A stretch of 61,795 nucleotides of DNA, filler included. It is 4 parts of 4 records of this genome, joined end to end, with 100 filler letters (N's around TTAATTAATTAA, not from the genome) between each part and the next. Parts side by side here need not be neighbours in the genome. Positions count along the whole stretch, not along the records: positions 47,610 to 61,795 come from DRR723986_10413; 3 more parts are not named here. One strand, written 5' to 3'. The notes beneath the pieces were generated by a model that was not told the origin of the DNA, did no database searches, and worked only from the letters and a program-made list of their open reading frames with translations. Each line of letters opens with the position of its first letter. Positions within the stretch are counted from its first letter, which is position 1. Below, one piece after another: positions 59,063 to 61,795 of this stretch. A program made the position numbers and the translations under genes.

Positions 59063-60370
59063 ATGATTGGAAGACGCGTCCACAATTCAGTTTCGGTTCG
59101 ATTGCACCGCCGGAGTTTTCTTCGAGGGACCGGTGCGGCCGCTCTGTCGTTACCGATGCTTGAAGCAATGACGGCTGGTAACTCGCAAGCTGCCGACTCG
59201 CTGGATGCTCCACCGAAACGATTCGTCGCCATTTGCGCTTCATTGGGCTTTCACGCGCCTTTCCTCTTTCCATCCAGCCCAGGCAAGAACTACGAACTCA
59301 CGCCTTACTTGAGCGAGCTGAAGCAGCATCGCGACAAGCTGACCGTTTTGTCTGGCCTATCGCACCCGATGCAACAAGGCAACAACGGCCACGCCTCCGA
59401 ACTGACGTGGTTGACCAGCGCCATGCACCCGGGGCTAGCAGGATTTCGGAACACAATCTCCATTGATCAGTTGATTGCATCAAAGATTGGACTCGAGACG
59501 CGAATGCCAAGTCTGGTTTTGTCGACCAGTGGCCGCGGGATATCCTGGACGTCGACCGGCGTTGAAATCCCTGGGATATCAAGCCCCAGCAAACTGTTTA
59601 CCGAGCTATTCATTGAAGGAAGCCCTGCAGAGAAAGCAGCCGAAATTGCGAGTGTTCAGCGGGGACGCAGCATTCTTGACACTGTCATGTCGCGAGCAAA
59701 CAAGATGCATCGGGACTTGGGCGGCGCTGACCGGGAAAAACTCGAGGAGTATGTGACCAGCGTTCGAGACCTAGAGAGCCGACTACAACAAAACGAAGGC
59801 TGGTTCAGCAAAGCTAAACCGAAGGTCGAATCCGAACTTCCCAAAGACGTTCAGGACAAAGCGGATGCAATTGCCAAACAACGACTGCTTTACGACATGA
59901 TTGTGCTCGCACTTCAAACCGATTCAACGCGGACGGTAACACTGCAACTAAGCGGAATGAACGCAGTACCAAAGATCCCCGGTGTTGGCAGCGATTGGCA
60001 CGGCCTTTCTCATCACGGAAAAGACGAATCGAAGATTGAAGAGCTGAAGATCATCGAGCAAGCTGAGTTCCAGGTCTTCGGAGAATTCCTCACCAAGCTT
60101 GCCTCAGTTCAGGAAGGTGACCGCAGCCTCTTGGATAGCACGCACGTGCTGTTTGGGTCGAACCTAGGTAACGCTTCGGCTCACGATTGGCGCAACCTTC
60201 CCATCATCCTCGCTGGTGGCGACTTTGAGCACGGCAGTTACGTTGCGGGCGCCCCCAACGACAATACGCCACTGGCAAATCTGTTTGTTTCGATAGCCCA
60301 GCAAATGGGTTTGGAGATCGACCAGTTCGGATCGAGCACAGCCAGCAGCATTCCTGGCCTTACCGTCTAG
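59063..60370 (+). CDS. DUF1552 family protein with Tat-like signal
   Basis: RRSFLRG, LP.LEAM, SIDQ..A, SILD.V, LALQTD.TR, H.LSHH, NLPIILAGG. Confidence 0.92.
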   Translation: MIGRRVHNSVSVRLHRRSFLRGTGAAALSLPMLEAMTAGNSQAADSLDAPPKRFVAICASLGFHAPFLFPSSPGKNYELTPYLSELKQHRDKLTVLSGLSHPMQQGNNGHASELTWLTSAMHPGLAGFRNTISIDQLIASKIGLETRMPSLVLSTSGRGISWTSTGVEIPGISSPSKLFTELFIEGSPAEKAAEIASVQRGRSILDTVMSRANKMHRDLGGADREKLEEYVTSVRDLESRLQQNEGWFSKAKPKVESELPKDVQDKADAIAKQRLLYDMIVLALQTDSTRTVTLQLSGMNAVPKIPGVGSDWHGLSHHGKDESKIEELKIIEQAEFQVFGEFLTKLASVQEGDRSLLDSTHVLFGSNLGNASAHDWRNLPIILAGGDFEHGSYVAGAPNDNTPLANLFVSIAQQMGLEIDQFGSSTASSIPGLTV

Positions 60371-60466
60371 CGGCAACGAAGTCACCGTCGAACAGGAATG
60401 GTGTCTTCGAAGGCTGCCGGGCTGCCTAACTAAATGCATGTCGGTTCGGGGTAGCACATTGAAACG

Positions 60467-61450
60467 TCAGCTAGCCTTCTGAAGTGCCAGTTCCGGTGCT
60501 GCAATCTGTGCACGCAATTTCTCAACCGCCGCCTGGAAGATGGTTCGAGCGCGCTGCTTGCTCAGACCGATTGAATTACCAATCATCTGAAACGACTGCC
60601 CTTTCCCATCGTTGAAACCGAAACGCGACTCGACGACAAAACGTTCACGATCGTCAAGCGTTGGAATCAATTTGGTGATAACTTGCTTCGCCTCGGAAGC
60701 AGCCAAGACCGCTCGATCGCTCGCTCCAGCATCGCCTTCCAACATCAATTCAGGGTCCGATTCTGGGCAACTCGTTCGTTCTCGCCGCCGTCCCTCGCTA
60801 CGCAGCAGTCCCAAGATGGCTCGTTGAATTGCCGTGTAGGCATAGGTGCTGAACCGAAACCCACGACGGAAATCGAAGCGATCGACGGCGGCAATCAGTG
60901 CAAGGTTTCCAGCACTAATCAACTCGTCAATGGAGATCGAAGTAGAAGCGTTGTAGCGGCGTGCAATCGAAACGACCAGCCGCATGTTGGACTGCACCAG
61001 CAAGTCACGTGTTCGCGTGAACCCGATAGCGTGGCGCATCAAATCAACTGCCGCGACCGCGGAAGCGCAACACATCCGTGCATCACGATGGGCCGCGTAG
61101 AACTTAGCTAAGTGGAAGTGTAGCTTTCGGAAGTAAAACGCCTCTTGTTCGGGCGTGAGTAGAGGCACCTCCCAGAGATGGCTCACGTAGCTCGGCACAC
61201 CTTCGGGCGGCTTTACTCGCCTTCCCTTCGTTTTCGGAACCGGTGGTTGGCTAAACCTCGCCTCGGCGTCGACAGCGTCGAAGCTATCGTCATGAATGAA
61301 CTCAGCTCCAACCTCCCGACGGTTATCCAGGATTCGCTGGCAAGCGACTCGGTGGCTCTCGTTCCATCGCTCTCTCGTCCGAGGCTCCGTATCGGACATA
61401 GCGGATCGCGTCCAAGAACCCCTGTCATCGGCACAAGCTATTTGCGTCAT
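60467..61450 (-). CDS. Sigma-70 family RNA polymerase sigma factor
   Basis: PLLTPEQE, SNMRLVVSIARRY, AVDRFD..RGFRFSTYA, L..RER.V...RFG..IG...GLSKQR.R; start uncertain. Confidence 0.9.
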   Translation of the reverse strand: MTQIACADDRGSWTRSAMSDTEPRTRERWNESHRVACQRILDNRREVGAEFIHDDSFDAVDAEARFSQPPVPKTKGRRVKPPEGVPSYVSHLWEVPLLTPEQEAFYFRKLHFHLAKFYAAHRDARMCCASAVAAVDLMRHAIGFTRTRDLLVQSNMRLVVSIARRYNASTSISIDELISAGNLALIAAVDRFDFRRGFRFSTYAYTAIQRAILGLLRSEGRRRERTSCPESDPELMLEGDAGASDRAVLAASEAKQVITKLIPTLDDRERFVVESRFGFNDGKGQSFQMIGNSIGLSKQRARTIFQAAVEKLRAQIAAPELALQKAS

Positions 61451-61795
61451 CGTGCAACGCCCTTCTGTAATTCTGCCGCTGGAAACCATCGAAAATGCGA
61501 AGTCCGAGCCCCTGATTGCCGCATGTTGCGACGCCGGGCTGAAGTGTTTTGCACTACGCTTCTCGTCGTCGCACTAACCAGTGACTTTTTCGGACGTTCT
61601 CACTGTAGGGATTTGCCTCAAATTCAACAAATAGAATAGTTTTCACCAAAGCATAGATAAAGCAAATGCTTTGATTGACGAATTGTGGAGCAATTTGGGA
61701 AGACAATGCACCGTAGCAGAGAAAGCTACATTACGAGAGGTCTCTCGCAGGCTGTCGGCAGAGAAGCAAAGGACGCAGAGTTCTTGTCCGCGCGG

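Noticed and set aside
1-61795. Shared metal theme between contig 1 and contig 3; rRNA, tRNA, CRISPR
   Set aside because: The contigs come from different organisms, so the theme is coincidental; no RNA genes or repeat-spacer arrays were recognised by eye.

Overview
This window is not one locus. It joins four unrelated contigs with artificial 100-nt spacers (N-run, TTAATTAATTAA, N-run) at 13666-13765, 33358-33457 and 47510-47609. Taxon calls are inferred from gene content. (1) 1-13665, gammaproteobacterial (Marinobacter-like): a zinc-starvation island with a cysS 3' end, gamma-carbonic anhydrase, pyrC2, Cys-depleted hisI and dksA2, COG0523/zigA, DUF1826 and Zur boxes. It also has a His/Cys-rich duplicated-motif protein and an uptake cassette with no ATPase in view (AztD-like lipoprotein, porin, binding protein, permease) running into an mbnP-mbnH pair and a second porin. 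(2) 13766-33357, Rhodobacteraceae, probably plasmid or chromid: a surface-polysaccharide cluster (glmM, four GT2s, GSCFA protein, alpha/beta hydrolase, tviB-like, wza, priming transferase, epimerases, ugd) ending in parA/parB with a parS-like palindrome. A DUF2793 GTA/phage-type tail-fibre gene and its chaperone sit inside this cluster. (3) 33458-47509, FCB-group-like: Nudix, ArsO-like monooxygenase, SRPBCC, T9SS-tailed propeller, OMP, prfC, a TonB receptor with an upstream HYC_CC_PP-type Cys-rich ORF, and a methyltransferase. It is bounded by a 15-bp inverted repeat. (4) 47610-61795, planctomycete: RNase HII-like fragment, PVC heme protein, Zn metalloprotease, pilT-like, hisA, DUF1592/DUF1552 pair and a sigma factor. 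The best candidates for novel biology are the tail-fibre/chaperone pair inside the polysaccharide locus, the zinc-island MbnPH/porin cassette, the His-rich protein and the HYC_CC_PP/TonB pair. No rRNA, tRNA, CRISPR array or transposase was seen. All family calls come from motif recognition by eye, not database searches.
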